IMG/VR virus record: IMGVR_UViG_3300045107_000065
Coordinates: 1-37,147 of that record
DNA length: 37,147 nt
Source: a virus
Lineage: Duplodnaviria > Caudoviricetes
Strand: one strand, 5' to 3'
Of the stretch, positions 35,434-37,147 are shown one piece after another (position 1 is the first letter of the stretch; the number at the start of each line of letters is the position of its first letter). The position numbers and the translations under genes are program-made. The notes below the pieces were generated by a model. The model searched no databases, had not been told where the DNA came from, and saw nothing but the letters and a program-made list of their open reading frames with translations.

Positions 35434-35678
35434 TAGAATGGCAGATCGTCTTTCTTGTTTTCAAATGTATTGACTGAAATATACATGCCGTTTTTGCCCT
35501 CAAGCAAATCGAGCTTGATCTGCTTTTTGTCGTTATAATCTTTCAGGTATTCCGGGTTGGCTTTAATCCACTCAAAAAGCTCTGCAGGCGTGATTACCAA
35601 TGACCCTTTAACCCAGTTCGGCGCACCCGATCTCGGGCTAAAAACTCTTATTCCGCTTGGAAATACTTTGTCTGCCAT
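35433..35678 (-). CDS. SSB-like protein
   Basis: Acidic DDLPF C-terminus; near the annealing-protein gene. Confidence 0.6.
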   Translation of the reverse strand: MADKVFPSGIRVFSPRSGAPNWVKGSLVITPAELFEWIKANPEYLKDYNDKKQIKLDLLEGKNGMYISVNTFENKKDDLPF

Positions 35679-35682
35679 GCTT

Positions 35683-36174
35683 TTATTTTAACGTGATTAC
35701 TACATTTGTTATGGATGATCTGGCCGGAGGATATACAGTTTTCGTCTCCCCCGTTTCGGGATTAGTGAGGACAAGTCCCTCGCCGGGAGCCGCCTTTAAT
35801 AGCGTCTCACGCGCCTTTATTTTGCTCTCGGTATCCTCGAGGAGTTCATTAAGCTTGGCCAGTACGTCATCCTCGCATTTAGAAAAATCGTACTTAACCC
35901 CGGTTTCCTTGATCTCTACTTTCGCGTTTCCGAACTCAAAAGACTTTTGCCCATATTTTTCAGCCCGCTCCAATACAGCCGATTTATAGCGGGAATTGGC
36001 GTTCAGGTTTTTTATAACATCTTCCATCATTTTTACCTGGAGATGTACCTTTAATGGGTCAACATCGCCGGATTCAATTGACTGAACAACCCTGGCCACA
36101 AAATCTTTCCTCTGCTCCTTATTCGTCTCAAATAAGGCAAGTATGGACGTGGTTGATAATTCAAGATTTTCCAT
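35683..36174 (-). CDS. conserved hypothetical phage protein
   Basis: 163-aa coupled ORF between the annealing-protein and SSB-like genes. Confidence 0.75.
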   Translation of the reverse strand: MENLELSTTSILALFETNKEQRKDFVARVVQSIESGDVDPLKVHLQVKMMEDVIKNLNANSRYKSAVLERAEKYGQKSFEFGNAKVEIKETGVKYDFSKCEDDVLAKLNELLEDTESKIKARETLLKAAPGEGLVLTNPETGETKTVYPPARSSITNVVITLK

Positions 36175-36715
36175 TCATCGTTGATTTAATAAGTGAAAGT
36201 TGAGTAGGGTCGAGCGAGTAATTACTGATCACCTTTTCGGCAATTCCTTCCTCGCCCGCCTTGATTCGCTCCATAGCCTTTTTAAAAGCCCCGTTTGTAA
36301 TTAGCGGCTTATCGCCTAATTCCTTGTGGTTATATAAAGAGGCTTTCGGAGCTAGACCCTTGAATATGTCCATTCCGATTCCCAGGTAAGAGCCAATCTT
36401 TGTCAGCGCATCGGTGCAGGCCCCTTTGTAGGCGTCGCCACGGTCGGCGTTATCATTGCCGCCAAAAATGTCTATAATGCAGATACCGTATTCCCGGGCA
36501 TCAAATCTCGATTTAACCACTACCCATTTATCGGTAGTTTCAACCACTTCGTTTTTTACCTCCCATCCGCCCACGCCGAATACATCGTTTAGTCTTTCGA
36601 CGACATAGATCGCTTTAATGGTGGACAGGTATTTTTTTGTCGGATGCGGACTGATCGCTTCGACTGGAAGCGGATCCTTGAGTAGTTTAATCTGTTCGGG
36701 CGAAAGTGTTTTCAT
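36161..36715 (-). CDS. Rad52/Sak-like single-strand annealing protein
   Basis: VVERLNDVFG..GW and KGA.TDAL.K....LGIG motifs. Confidence 0.8.
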   Translation of the reverse strand: MKTLSPEQIKLLKDPLPVEAISPHPTKKYLSTIKAIYVVERLNDVFGVGGWEVKNEVVETTDKWVVVKSRFDAREYGICIIDIFGGNDNADRGDAYKGACTDALTKIGSYLGIGMDIFKGLAPKASLYNHKELGDKPLITNGAFKKAMERIKAGEEGIAEKVISNYSLDPTQLSLIKSTMNGKS

Positions 36716-37026
36716 GGTTTCAGCATTGGGTGTAAGTAAAGGGATTGAATAACGGAGTCGAACTTCTCAAGCCAAATGGATTCCACGCAGGAGTGCATTG
36801 TATTGACGGCTTTCGAAATATACGCTTCGGCATTAATCGAATTGGAAATGCTTTTATTGCTAACGTATGTCGCAATACCCGGGAGAATGGTCATTTCAAC
36901 TAGCGTGTCCTCGTCCAGGACAGCGACCCATTCACGCTCGTCTTTTGAGACGTAGAAGGATGGAATGAGAACTTCGACCGTTTCAATTTTTTCGATTTGG
37001 GTTTTTGTACTGATTTCTATTGTCAT
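36712..37026 (-). CDS. hypothetical protein
   Basis: ATGA-coupled to the annealing-protein gene. Confidence 0.65.
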   Translation of the reverse strand: MTIEISTKTQIEKIETVEVLIPSFYVSKDEREWVAVLDEDTLVEMTILPGIATYVSNKSISNSINAEAYISKAVNTMHSCVESIWLEKFDSVIQSLYLHPMLKP

Positions 37027-37037
37027 AATTGATAGAT

Positions 37038-37147
37038 TTAAGGTGTTGCAGTTAAAAGGCTCTGAAACTTTTCGATTCCGTAGGCGTTATCTTTTTTCAG
37101 CAGCTTCAGCAAGTCTTTAGCCTTCATCGGAGATTGTTCTATTACCC
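37038..37147 (-). CDS. 3' end of an ORF entering from the right edge
   Basis: VIEQSPMKAKDLLKLLKKDNAYGIEKFQSLLTATP*. Confidence 0.6.
   Translation of the reverse strand, partial: VIEQSPMKAKDLLKLLKKDNAYGIEKFQSLLTATP

Overview
The window is most of a tailed (siphovirus-type, HK97-fold) phage genome, almost all on the minus strand. Signal peptides, TAnnTTTG promoter boxes and recognisable small-gene families point to a Bacteroidota host (inference). Order in the direction of transcription (right to left): Rad52/Sak-like annealing protein, SSB-like protein, replication initiator with iteron-like repeats, VRR-NUC nuclease, accessory genes, terS, a 7-gene glycan cassette, terL, portal, Mu-F-like head protein, protease, capsid, neck and tail genes (with a -1 frameshift chaperone), tape measure, three signal-peptide tail/adhesin genes, lysis genes, exonuclease and SPFH gene. 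A short divergent control region, a degenerate tRNA(CAT) and a 60-bp-repeat LRR-like gene that runs off the left edge follow. No integrase, transposase or clear CI repressor is visible. Three observations stand out. (1) Two transposase-less elements (29299-30268 and 32104-32409) share 23-bp terminal inverted repeats, have perfect 8-bp target duplications and carry passenger genes; removing the first restores a split 141-aa gene in frame. (2) Four glycosyltransferase-like genes, one Stealth-like gene and two methyltransferases lie between terS and terL. (3) The tail-fibre/depolymerase-position proteins carry Sec signal peptides and many D-S/T-x O-glycosylation sequons. All family calls are from motif recognition by eye, not database searches.
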